DNA of 64,000 nt from Azolla caroliniana (lineage: Eukaryota > Plantae > Polypodiophyta). Positions 39,621-53,300 of the stretch are shown piece after piece (positions within the stretch are counted from its first letter, which is position 1; each line of letters opens with the position of its first letter). The notes below the pieces were generated by a model that made no database searches, was not told where the DNA came from, and saw nothing but the letters and a program-made list of their open reading frames with translations. The stretch is taken from NCBI GenBank assembly GCA_043228905.1, contig JBHGNT010000037.1, positions 124,001-188,000 of the forward strand, in the 5' to 3' direction. Both the position numbers and the translations under genes were made by a program.

Positions 39621-42600
39621 CAAGTCGAGAGACATGACGAAATTAACATATTTGAGGAGGGAGTGGAGAAGAGTGCGTCAGGAAATTAAAATGTTCATAC
39701 CTGGCTCGTGTGATATCAGATTTTTGTGTTCAAACATGCGAATCAAAGTTAACCATGCTAGCTATGATATTGAATTGACAAATTATAATTTTAAAACTGA
39801 GGCCGAGAGACATGAGGAAAGTAACAAATTTGAGGAGGTAGTGGAGAAGAGTACGTCAGTAAATTAAAATGTTCATACCTGGCACGTGTGATATCGGATA
39901 TTTGTGTTCAAACATGCGAATCGAAGATAACAACGCTAGGTATGATATAGAATTAAAAAATCGAGATTTTGAAACTCAGGTCGAGAGACATGACGAAATT
40001 AACACATTTGAGGAGGGAGTGGAGAAGAGTGCGTCAGGAAATTAAAATGTTCATACCTGGCTCGTGTGATATCAGATTTTTGTGTTCAAACATGCGAATC
40101 AAAGTTAACCATGCTAGCTATGATATTGAATTGACAAATTATAATTTTAAAACTGAGGCCGAGAGACATGAGGAAAGTAACAAATTTGAGGAGGTAGTGG
40201 AGAAGAGTACGTCAGTAAATTAAAATGTTCATACCTGGCACGTGTGATATCGGATATTTGTGTTCAAATATGCGAATCGAAGATAACAACGCTAGGTATG
40301 ATATAGAATTAAAAAATCGAGATTTTGAAACTCAGCTCGAGAGACATGAGGAAATTAGCATATTTGAGGAGGGAGTTGAGAAGAGCGAGTGAGTAAATTA
40401 AAATGGTCATACCTGGCTCGTGTGATATCGGATTTTTGTGTTCAAACATGCGAATCGAAGCTAACAAGGCTAGCTATGACATAGAATTAAAAAATCGAGA
40501 TTTTGAAACTCACGTTGAGAGACATGAGGAAATTAGCATGTTGGAGGTAGTGGAGAAGAGTGTGTCAGTAAACTTAAATGTTCATACCTGGCACGTGTGA
40601 TATCGGATTTCTGTGTTCAAACATGCGAATCGAAGCTAACAACGCTAGCTATGATATTGAATTGAAAATTCATAATTTTAAAACTGAGGCCAAGAGACAT
40701 GACGAAATTAGCAAATTTGAGGAGGTAGTGGAGAAGAGTGCGTCAGTAAATTAAAATGGTCATACCTGGCTCGTGTGATATCGGATTTCGGTGTTCAAAC
40801 ATGCGAATCGAAGCTAACAAGGCTAGCTATGACATAGAATTAAAAAATCGAGATTTTGAAACTCAGGTCAAGAGACATGAGGAAATTCGCATATTTGAGG
40901 AGGGAGTGGAGAAGAGCCAGTGAGTAAATTAAAATAATCATACCTGGCTCGTGTGATATCGGATTTTTGTGTTCAAACATGCGAACCGAAGCTAACAAAG
41001 CTAGCTATGATATAGAATTAAAAAATCGAGATTTTGAAACTCAGGTCGAGAGACATGACGAAATTAACATATTTAAGGAAGGAGTTGAGAAGAGCCAGTG
41101 AGTAAATTAAAATGGTCATACCTGGCTCGTGTGATATCGGATTTCTGTGTTCAAACATGCGAATCGAAGCTAACAAGGCTAGCTATGACATAGAATTAAA
41201 AAATCGAGATTTTGAAACTCAGTTCGAGAGACATGAGGAAATTAGCATATTTGAGGAGGGAGTAGAGAAGAGCCAGTGAGTAAATTAAAATGGTCATACC
41301 TGGCTCGTGTGATATCGGATTTTTGTGTTCAAACATGCGAATCGAAGCTAACTACGCTAGCTTTGCTATAGAATTAAAAAATCAAGATTTTGAAACTCAC
41401 GTTGAGAGACATGAGGAAATTAGCATGTTGGAGGTAGTGGAGAAGAGTGTGTCAGTAAACTTAAATGTTCATACCTGGCACGTGTGATATCGGATTTCTG
41501 TGTTCAAACATGCGAATCGAAGCTAACAACGCTAGCTATGATATAGAATTAAAAAATCAAGATTTTGAAACTCAAGTCGAGAGACATGATGAAATTAACA
41601 TATTTGAGGAGGGAGTTGAGAAGAGTGCGTCAGGAAATTAAAATGTTCATACCTGGCTCGTGTGATATCAGATTTTTGTGTTCAAACATGCGAATCAAAG
41701 TTAACCATGCTAGCTATGATATTGAATTGACAAATTATAATTTTAAAACTGAGGCCGAGAGACATGAGGAAAGTAACAAATTTGAGGAGGTAGTGGAGAA
41801 GAGTACGTCAGTAAATTAAAATGTTCATACCTGGCACGTGTGATATCGGATATTTGTGTTCAAACATGCGAATCGAAGATAACAACGCTAGGTATGATAT
41901 AGAATTAAAAAATCAAGATTTTGAAACTTAGGTCGAGAGACATGACGAAATTAACATATTTAAGGAGGGAGTTGAGAAGAGCCAGTGAGTAAATTAAAAT
42001 GGTCACACCTGGCTCGTGTGATATCGGATTTCTGTGTTCAAACATGCGAATCGAAGCTAACAAGGTTAGCTATGACATAGAATTAAAAAATCGAGATTTT
42101 GAAACTCAGTTCGAGAGACATGAGGAAATTAGCATATTTGAGGAGGGAGTAGAGAAGAGCCAGTGAGTAAATTAAAATGGTCGTACCTGGTTCGTGTGAT
42201 ATCGGATTTTTGTGTTCAAACATGCGAATCGAAGCTAACTACGCCAGCTTTGATATAGAATTAAAAAATCAAGATTTCGAAACTCACGTCGAGAGACATG
42301 AGGAAATTAGCATGTTGGAGGAGGGAGTTGAGAAGAGCGAGTGAGTAAATTAAAATGGTCACACCTGGCTCGTGTAATATCGGATTTCTGTGTTCAAACA
42401 TGCGAATCGAAGCTAACAAGGCTAGCTATGATATAGAATTAAAAAATCGAGATTTTGAAACTCAGTTCGAGAGACATGAAAAAATTAACATATTTGAGGA
42501 GGGAGTTGAGAAGAGCCAGTGAGTAAATTAAAATGGTCATACCTGGCTTGTGTGATATCGGATTTCTGTGTTCAAACATGCGAATCGAAGTTAACAACGC

Positions 42601-45600
42601 TAGCTATGATATTGAATTGAAAATTGAAAATTTTAAAACTGAGCCCGAGAGACATGACGAAATTAGCAAATTTGAGGAGGTAGTGGAGAAGAGTGCGTCA
42701 GTAAATTAAAATGGTCATACGTGGCTCGTGTGATATCGGATTTCTGTGTTCAAACATGCGAATCGAAGCTAACAAGGCTAGCTATGACATAGAATTAAAA
42801 AATCGAGATTTTGAAACTCAGGTCCAGAGACATGAGGAAATTCGCATATTTCAGGAGGGAGTGGAGAAGAGCCAGTGAGTAAATTAAAATAGTCATACCT
42901 GGCTCGTGTGATATCGGATTTTTGTGTTCAAACATGCGAATCGAAGCTAAAAAAGCTAGCTATGATATAGAATTAAAAAATCGAGATTTTGAAACTCAGG
43001 TCGAGAGACATGACGAAATTAGCATATTTGAGGAGGGCGTTGAGAAGAGCGTGTGAGTAAATTAAAATGGTCATACCTGGCTCGTGTGATATCGGATTTC
43101 TGTGTTCAAACTTGCGAATCGAAGCTAACAAGGCTAGCTATGATATAGAATTAAAAAATAGAGATTTTGAAACTCAGTTCGAGAGACATGAAAAAATTAA
43201 CATATTTGAGGAGGGAGTTGAGAAGAGCCAGTGAGTAAATTAAAATGGTCATACCTGGCTCGTGTGATATCGGATTTTTGTGTTCAAACATGCGAATCGA
43301 AGCTAACTACGCTAGCTTTGCTATAGAATTAAAAAATCAAGATTTTGAAACTCACGTTGAGAGACATGAGGAAATTAGCATGTTGGAGGTAGTGGAGAAG
43401 AGTGTGTCAGTAAACTTAAATGTTCATACCTGGCACGTGTGATATCGGATTTCTGTGTTCAAACATGCGAATCGAAGTTAACAACGCTAGCTATGATATT
43501 GAATTGAAAATTCATAATTTTAAAACTAAGGGCGAGAGACATGACGAAATTAGCAAATTTGAGGAGGTAGTGGAGAAGAGTGCGTCAGTAAATTAAAATG
43601 GTCATACGTGGCTCGTGTGATATCGGATTTCTGTGTTCAAACATGCGAATCGAAGCTAACAAGGCTAGCTATGACATAGAATTAAAAAATCGAGATTTTG
43701 AAACTCAGTTCGAGAGACATGAGGAAATTAGCATATTTGAGGAGGGAGTAGAGAAGAGCCAGTGAGTAAATTAAAATGGTCATACCTGGCTCGTGTGATA
43801 TCGGATTTTTGTGTTCAAACATGCGAATCGAAGCTAACTACGCTAGCTTTGCTATAGAATTAAAAAATCAAGATTTTGAAACTCACGTTGAGAGACATGA
43901 GGAAATTAGCATGTTGGAGGTAGTGGAGAAGAGTGTGTCAGTAAACTTAAATGTTCATACCTGGCACGTGTGATATCGGATTTCTGTGTTCAAACATGCG
44001 AATCGAAGCTAACAACGCTAGCTATGATATAGAATTAAAAAATCAAGATTTTGAAACTCAAGTCGAGAGACATGACGAAATTAACATATTTGAGGAGGGA
44101 GTGGAGAAGAGTGCGTCAGGAAATTAAAATGTTCATACCTGGCTCGTGTGATATCAGATTTTTGTGTTCAAACATGCGAATCAAAGTTAACCATGCTAGC
44201 TATGATATTGAATTGACAAATTATAATTTTAAAACTGAGGCCGAGAGACATGAGGAAAGTAACAAATTTGAGGAGGTATTGGAGAAGAGTACGTCAGTAA
44301 ATTAAAATGTTCATACCTGGCACGTGTGATATCGGATATTTGTGTTCAAACATGCGAATCGAAGATAACAACGCTAGGTATGATATAGAATTAAAAAATC
44401 GAGATTTTGAAACTCAGGTCGAGAGACATGACGAAATTAACACATTTGAGGAGGGAGTGGAGAAGAGTGCGTCAGGAAATTAAAATGTTCATACCTGGCT
44501 CGTGTGATATCAGATTTTTGTGTTCAAACATGCGAATCAAAGTTAACCATGCTAGCTATGATATTGAATTGACAAATTATAATTTTAAAACTGAGGCCGA
44601 GAGACATGAGGAAAGTAACAAATTTGAGGAGGTAGTGGAGAAGAGTACGTCAGTAAATTAAAATGTTCATACCTGGCACGTGTGATATCGGATATTTGTG
44701 TTCAAATATGCGAATCGAAGATAACAACGCTAGGTATGATATAGAATTAAAAAATCGAGATTTTGAAACTCAGCTCGAGAGACATGAGGAAATTAGCATA
44801 TTTGAGGAGGGAGTTGAGAAGAGCGAGTGAGTAAATTAAAATGGTCATACCTGGCTCGTGTGATATCGGATTTTTGTGTTCAAACATGCGAATCGAAGCT
44901 AACAAGGCTAGCTATGACATAGAATTAAAAAATCGAGATTTTGAAACTCACGTTGAGAGACATGAGGAAATTAGCATGTTGGAGGTAGTGGAGAAGAGTG
45001 TGTCAGTAAACTTAAATGTTCATACCTGGCACGTGTGATATCGGATTTCTGTGTTCAAACATGCGAATCGAAGCTAACAACGCTAGCTATGATATTGAAT
45101 TGAAAATTCATAATTTTAAAACTGAGGCCAAGAGACATGACGAAATTAGCAAATTTGAGGAGGTAGTGGAGAAGAGTGCGTCAGTAAATTAAAATGGTCA
45201 TACCTGGCTCGTGTGATATCGGATTTCGGTGTTCAAACATGCGAATCGAAGCTAACAAGGCTAGCTATGACATAGAATTAAAAAATCGAGATTTTGAAAC
45301 TCAGGTCAAGAGACATGAGGAAATTCGCATATTTGAGGAGGGAGTGGAGAAGAGCGAGTGAGTAAATTAAAATAATCATACCTGGCTCGTGTGATATCGG
45401 ATTTTTGTGTTCAAACATGCGAACCGAAGCTAACAAAGCTAGCTATGATATAGAATTAAAAAATCGAGATTTTGAAACTCAGGTCGAGAGACATGACGAA
45501 ATTAACATATTTAAGGAAGGAGTTGAGAAGAGCCAGTGAGTAAATTAAAATGGTCATACCTGGCTCGTGTGATATCGGATTTCTGTGTTCAAACATGCGA

Positions 45601-47399
45601 ATCGAAGCTAACAAGGCTAGCTATGACATAGAATTAAAAAATCGAGATTTTGAAACTCAGTTCGAGAGACATGAGGAAATTAGCATATTTGAGGAGGGAG
45701 TAGAGAAGAGCCAGTGAGTAAATTAAAATGGTCATACCTGGCTCGTGTGATATCGGATTTTTGTGTTCAAACATGCGAATCGAAGCTAACTACGCTAGCT
45801 TTGCTATAGAATTAAAAAATCAAGATTTTGAAACTCACGTTGAGAGACATGAGGAAATTAGCATGTTGGAGGTAGTGGAGAAGAGTGTGTCAGTAAACTT
45901 AAATGTTCATACCTGGCACGTGTGATATCGGATTTCTGTGTTCAAACATGCGAATCGAAGCTAACAACGCTAGCTATGATATAGAATTAAAAAATCAAGA
46001 TTTTGAAACTCAAGTCGAGAGACATGACGAAATTAACATATTTGAGGAGGGAGTGGAGAAGAGTGCGTCAGGAAATTAAAATGTTCATACCTGGCTCGTG
46101 TGATATCAGATTTTTGTGTTCAAACATGCGAATCAAAGTTAACCATGCTAGCTATGATATTGAATTGACAAATTATAATTTTAAAACTGAGGCCGAGAGA
46201 CATGAGGAAAGTAACAAATTTGAGGAGGTATTGGAGAAGAGTACGTCAGTAAATTAAAATGTTCATACCTGGCACGTGTGATATCGGATATTTGTGTTCA
46301 AACATGCGAATCGAAGATAACAACGCTAGGTATGATATAGAATTAAAAAATCGAGATTTTGAAACTCAGGTCGAGAGACATGACGAAATTAACATATTTA
46401 AGGAAGGAGTTGAGAAGAGCCAGTGAGTAAATTAAAATGGTCATACCTGGCTCGTGTGATATCGGATTTCTGTGTTCAAACATGCGAATCGAAGCTAACA
46501 AGGCTAGCTATGACATAGAATTAAAAAATCGAGATTTTGAAACTCAGTTCGAGAGACATGAGGAAATTAGCATATTTGAGGAGGGAGTAGAGAAGAGCCA
46601 GTGAGTAAATTAAAATGGTCATACCTGGCTCGTGTGATATCGGATTTTTGTGTTCAAACATGCGAATCGAAGCTAACTACGCTCGCTTTGCTATAGAATT
46701 AAAAAATCAAGATTTTGAAACTCACGTTGAGAGACATGAGGAAATTAGCATGTTGGAGGTAGTGGAGAAGAGTGTGTCAGTAAACTTAAATGTTCATACC
46801 TGGCACGTGTGATATCGGATTTCTGTGTTCAAACATGCGAATCGAAGCTAACAACGCTAGCTATGATATAGAATTAAAAAATCAAGATTTTGAAACTCAA
46901 GTCGAGAGACATGATGAAATTAACATATTTGAGGAGGGAGTTGAGAACAGTGCGTCAGTAAATTAAAATGTTCATACCTGGCTCGTGTGATATCAGATTT
47001 TTGTGTTCAAACATGCGAATCAAAGTTAACCATGCTAGCTATGATATTGAATTGACAAATTATAATTTTAAAACTGAGGCCGAGAGACATGAGGAAAGTA
47101 ACAAATTTGAGGAGGTAGTGGAGAAGAGTACGTCAGTAAATTAAAATGTTCATACCTGGCACGTGTGATATCGGATATTTGTGTTCAAACATGCGAATCG
47201 AAGATAACAACGCTAGGTATGATATAGAATTAAAAAATCAAGATTTTGAAACTTAGGTCGAGAGACATGACGAAATTAACATATTTAAGGAGGGAGTTGA
47301 GAAGAGCCAGTGAGTAAATTAAAATGGTCACACCTGGCTCGTGTGATATCGGATTTCTGTGTTCAAACATGCGAATCGAAGCTAACAAGGTTAGCTATG

Positions 47400-50300
47400 A
47401 CATAGAATTAAAAAATCGAGATTTTGAAACTCAGTTCGAGAGACATGAGGAAATTAGCATATTTGAGGAGGGAGTAGAGAAGAGCCAGTGAGTAAATTAA
47501 AATGGTCATACCTGGTTCGTGTGATATCGGATTTTTGTGTTCAAACATGCGAATCGAAGCTAACTACGCCAGCTTTGATATAGAATTAAAAAATCAAGAT
47601 TTTGAAACTCACGTCGAGAGACATGAGGAAATTAGCATGTTGGAGGAGGGAGTTGAGAAGAGCGAGTGAGTAAATTAAAATGGTCACACCTGGCTCGTGT
47701 AATATCGGATTTCTGTGTTCAAACATGCGAATCGAAGCTAACAAGGCTAGCTATGATATAGAATTAAAAAATCGAGATTTTGAAACTCAGTTCGAGAGAC
47801 ATGAAAAAATTAACATATTTGAGGAGGGAGTTGAGAAGAGCCAGTGAGTAAATTAAAATGGTCATACCTGGCTTGTGTGATATCGGATTTCTGTGTTCAA
47901 ACATGCGAATCGAAGTTAACAACGCTAGCTATGATATTGAATTGAAAATTGATAATTTTAAAACTGAGGGCGAGAGACATGACGAAATTAGCAAATTTGA
48001 GGAGGTAGTGGAGAAGAGTGCGTCAGTAAATTAAAATGGTCATACGTGGCTCGTGTGATATCGGATTTCGGTGTTCAAACATGTGAATCGAAGCTAACAA
48101 GGCTAGCTATGACATAGAATTAAAAAATCGAGATTTTGAAACTCAGTTCGAGAGACATGAAAAAATTAACATATTTGAGGAGGGAGTTGAGAAGAGCCAG
48201 TGAGTAAATTAAAATGGTCATACCTGGCTTGTGTGATATCGGATTTCTGTGTTCAAACATGCGAATCGAAGTTAACAACGCTAGCTATGATATTGAATTG
48301 AAAATTGAAAATTTTAAAACTGAGCCCGAGAGACATGACGAAATTAGCAAATTTGAGGAGGTAGTGGAGAAGAGTGCGTCAGTAAATTAAAATGGTCATA
48401 CGTGGCTCGTGTGATATCGGATTTCTGTGTTCAAACATGCGAATCGAAGCTAACAAGGCTAGCTATGACATAGAATTAAAAAATCGAGATTTTGAAACTC
48501 AGGTCCAGAGACATGAGGAAATTCGCATATTTCAGGAGGGAGTGGAGAAGAGCCAGTGAGTAAATTAAAATAGTCATACCTGGCTCGTGTGATATCGGAT
48601 ATTTGTGTTCAAACATGCGAATCGAAGATAAAAAAGCTAGCTATGATATAGAATTAAAAAATCGAGATTTTGAAACTCAGGTCGAGAGACATGACGAAAT
48701 TAGCATATTTGAGGAGGGCGTTGAGAAGAGCGTGTGAGTAAATTAAAATGGTCATACCTGGCTCGTGTGATATCGGATTTCTGTGTTCAAACATGCGAAT
48801 CGAAGCTAACAAGGCTAGCTATGATATAGAATTAAAAAATCGAGATTTTGAAACTCAGTTCGAGAGACATGAAAAAATTAACATATTTGAGGAGGGAGTT
48901 GAGAAGAGCCAGTGAGTAAATTAAAATGGTCATACCTGGCTCGTGTGATATCGGATTTCTGTGTTCAAACATGCGAATCGAAGTTAACAACGCTAGCTAT
49001 GATATTGAATTGAAAATTCATAATTTTAAAACTGAGGCCGAGAGACATGACGAAATTAGCAAATTTGAGGAGGTAGTGGAGAAGAGTGCGTCAGTAAATT
49101 AAAATGGTCATACGTGGCTCGTGTGATATCGGATTTCGGTGTTCAAACATGCGAATCGAAGCTAACAAGGCTAGCTATTACATAGAATTAAAAAATCGAG
49201 ATTTTGAAACTCAGGTCAAGAGACATGAGGAAATTCGCATATTTGAGGAGGGAGTGGAGAAGAGCCAGTGAGTAAATTAAAATAATCATACCTGGCTCGT
49301 GTGATATCGGATTTTTGTGTTCAAACATGCGAACCGAAGCTAACAAAGCTAGCTATGATATAGAATTAAAAAATCGAGATTTTGAAACTCAGGTCGAGAG
49401 ACCTGACGAAATTAACATATTTAAGGAAGGAGTTGAGAAGAGCCAGTGAGTAAATTAAAATGGTCATACCTGGCTCGTGTGATATCGGATTTCTGTGTTC
49501 AAACATGCGAATCGAGGTTAACAACGCTAGCTATGATATTGAATTGAAAAATTAGAATTTTAAAACTGAGCCCGAGAGACATGAGGAAATTAGCAAATTT
49601 GAGGAGGTAGTGGAGAAGAGTGTGTGAGTAAATTAAAATGTTCATACCTGGCACGTGTGATATCGGATTTCTGTGTTCAAACATGCGAATCGAAGCTAAC
49701 AACGCTAGCTATGATATAGAATTAAAAAATCAAGATTTTGAAACTGACGTCGAAAGACATGAGGAAATTAGCATGTTGGAGGAGGGAGTCGAGAAGAGTG
49801 CGTCAGTAAATTAAAATGTTCATACCTCGCTCGTGTGATATCAGATTTTTGTGTTCAAACATGCGAATCAAAGTTAACCATGCTAGCTATGATATTGAAT
49901 TGACAAATTATAATTTTAAAACTGAGGCCGAGAGACATGAGGAAAGTAACAAATTTGAGGAGGTAGTGGAGAAGAGTACGTCAGTAAATTAAAATGTTCA
50001 TACCTGGCACGTGTGATATCGGATATTTGTGTTCAAACATGCGAATCGAAGATAACAACGCTAGCTATGATATAGAATTAAAAAATCGAGATTTTGAAAC
50101 TTAGGTCGAGAGACATGACGAAATTAACATATTTAAGGAGGGAGTTGAGAAGAGCCAGTGAGTAAATTAAAATGGTCACACCTGGCTCGTGTGATATCGG
50201 ATTTCTGTGTTCAAACATGCGAATCGAAGCTAACAAGGCTAGCTATGATATAGAATTAAAAATCGAGATTTTGAAACGAAAGTCGAGAGACATGAGGAAA

Positions 50301-53300
50301 TTAGCATATTTGAGGAGGGAGTTGAGAAGTGCCAGTGTGTAAATTAAAATGGTCATAGCTGGCTCGTGTGATATCGGATTTATGTGTTCAAACATGCGAC
50401 TCGAAGATAACAACGCTAGCTATGATATAGAATTAGAAGATCGAGATTTTGAAACTCAGGTCGAGAGACATGACAAAATTAACATATTTAAGGAGGGAGT
50501 TAAGAATCGGAGCTAACAACGCTAGCTTTGATATAGAATTTAAAAATCAAGATTTTGAAACTCACGTCGAAAGACATGCCCAAATTAGCATATTTCAGGA
50601 GGGAGTTAAGAAGAGCCAGTGAGTAAATTAAAATGGTCATACGTGGCTCGTGTGATATCGGATTTCTGTGTTCAAACATGCGAATCGAAGCTAACAAGGC
50701 TAGCTATGACATAGAATTAAAAAATAGAGATTTTGAAACTCAGTTCGAGAGACATGAGGAAATTAGCATATTTGAGGAGGGAGTAGAGAAGAGCCAGTGA
50801 GTAAATTAAAATGGTCATACCTGGCTCGTGTGATATCGGATTTTTGTGTTCAAACATGCGAATCGAAGCTAACTACGCTAGCTATGATATAGAATTAAAA
50901 AATCAAGATTTTGAAACTCACGTCGAGAGACATGAGGAAATTAGCATGTTGGAGGAGGGAGTTGAGAAGAGCGAGTGAGTAAATTAAAATGGTCACACCT
51001 GGCTCGTGTGATATCGGATTTCTGTGTTCAAACATGCGAATCGAAGCTAACAAGGCTAGCTATGATATAGAATTAAAAAATCGAAATTTTGAAACTCCGT
51101 TCGAGAGACATGAAAAAATTAACATATTTGAGGAGGGAGTTGAGAAGAGCCAGTGAGTAAATTAAAATAGTCATACCTGGCTCGTGTGATATCGGATTTC
51201 TGTGTTCAAACATGCGAATCGAAGCTAACTACGCTAGCTTTGGTATAGAATTAAAAAATCAAGATTTTGAAACTCACGTTGAGAGACATGAGGAAATTAG
51301 CATGTTGGAGGTAGTGGAGAAGAGTGTGTCAGTAAACTTAAATGTTCATACCTGGCACGTGTGATATCGGATTTCTGTGTTCAAACATGCGAATCGAAGC
51401 TAACAACGCTAGCTATGATATAGAATTAAAAAATCAAGATTTTGAAACTCAAGTCGAGAGACATGACGAAATTAACATATTTGAGGAGGGAGTGGAGAAG
51501 AGTGCGTCAGGAAATTAAAATGTTCATACCTGGCTCGTGTGATATCAGATTTTTGTGTTCAAACATGCGAATCAAAGTTAACCATGCTAGCTATGATATT
51601 GAATTGACAAATTATAATTTTAAAACTGAGGCCGAGAGACATGAGGAAAGTAACAAATTTGAGGAGGTAGTGGAGAAGAGTACGTCAGTAAATTAAAATG
51701 TTCATACCTGGCACGTGTGATATCGGATATTTGTGTTCAAACATGCGAATCGAAGATAACAACACTAGCTATGATATAGAATTAAAAAATCAAGATTTTG
51801 AAACTCAGGTCGAGAGACATGACGAAATTAACACATTTGAGGAGGGAGTGGAGAAGAGTGCGTCAGGAAATTAAAATGTTCATACCTGGCTCGTGTGATA
51901 TCAGATTTTTTTGTTCAAACATGCGAATCAAAGTTAACCATGCTAGCTATGATATTGAATTGACAAATTATAATTTTAAAACTGAGGCCGAGAGACATGA
52001 GGAAAGTAACAAATTTGAGGAGGTAGTGGAGAAGAGTACGTCAGTAAATTAAAATGTTCATACCTGGCACGTGTGATATCGGATATTTGTGTTCAAACAT
52101 GCGAATCGAAGATAACAACGCTAGGTATGATATAGAATTAAAAAATCGAGATTTTGAAACTTAGGTCGAGAGACATGACGAAATTAACATATTTAAGGAG
52201 GGAGTTGAGAAGAGCCAGTGAGTAAATTAAAATGTTCATACCTGGCTCGTGTGATATCGGATTTTTGTGTTCAAACATGCGAATCGAAGCTAACTACGCT
52301 AGCTTTGCTATAGAATTAAAAAATCAAGATTTTGAAACTCACGTTGAGAGACATGAGGAAATTAGCATATTTGAGGAGGGAGTTGAGAAGTGCCAATGTG
52401 TAAATTAAAATGGTCATAGCTGGCTCGTGTGATATCGGATTTATGTGTTCAAACATGCGACTCGAAGATAACAACGCTAGCTATGACATAGAATTAAGAG
52501 ATCGAGATTTTGAAACTCAGGTCGAGAGACATGAGGAAATTAGCATATTTGAGGAGGGAGTTGAGAAGTGCCAGTGTGTAAATTAAAATGGTCATAGCTG
52601 GCTCGTGTGATATCGGATTTATGTGTTCAAACATGCGACTCGAAGATAACAACGCTAGCTATGACACAGAATTAAAAAATCAAGATTTTGAAACTCAGGT
52701 CGAGAGACATGACGAAATTAACATATTTAAGGAAGGAGTTGAGAAGAGCCAGTGAGTAAATTAAAATGGTCATACCTGGCTCGTGTGATATCAGATTTCT
52801 GTGTTCAAACATGCGAATCGAGGTTAACAACGCTAGCTATGATATTGAATTGAAAAATTAGAATTTTAAAACTGAGGCCGAGACACATGAGGAAATTAGC
52901 AAATTTGAGGAGGTAGTGGAGAAGAGTGTGTCAGTAAATTAAAATGTTCATACCTGGCACGTGTGATATCGGATTTCTGTGTTCAAACATGCGAATCGAA
53001 GCTAACAACGCTAGCTATGATATAGAATTAAAAAATCAAGATTTTGAAACTCAGGTCGAGAGACATGACGAAATTAACACATTTGAGGAGGGAGTGGAGA
53101 AGAGTCCGTTAGGAAATTAAAATGTTCATACCTGGCTCGTGTGATATCAGATTTTTGTGTTCAAACATGCTAGCTATGATATTGAATTGACAAATTATAA
53201 TTTTAAAACTGAGGACGAGAGACATGAGGAAAGTAACAAATTTGAGGAGGTAGTGGAGAAGAGTACGTCAGTAAATTAAAATGTTCATACCTGGCACGTG

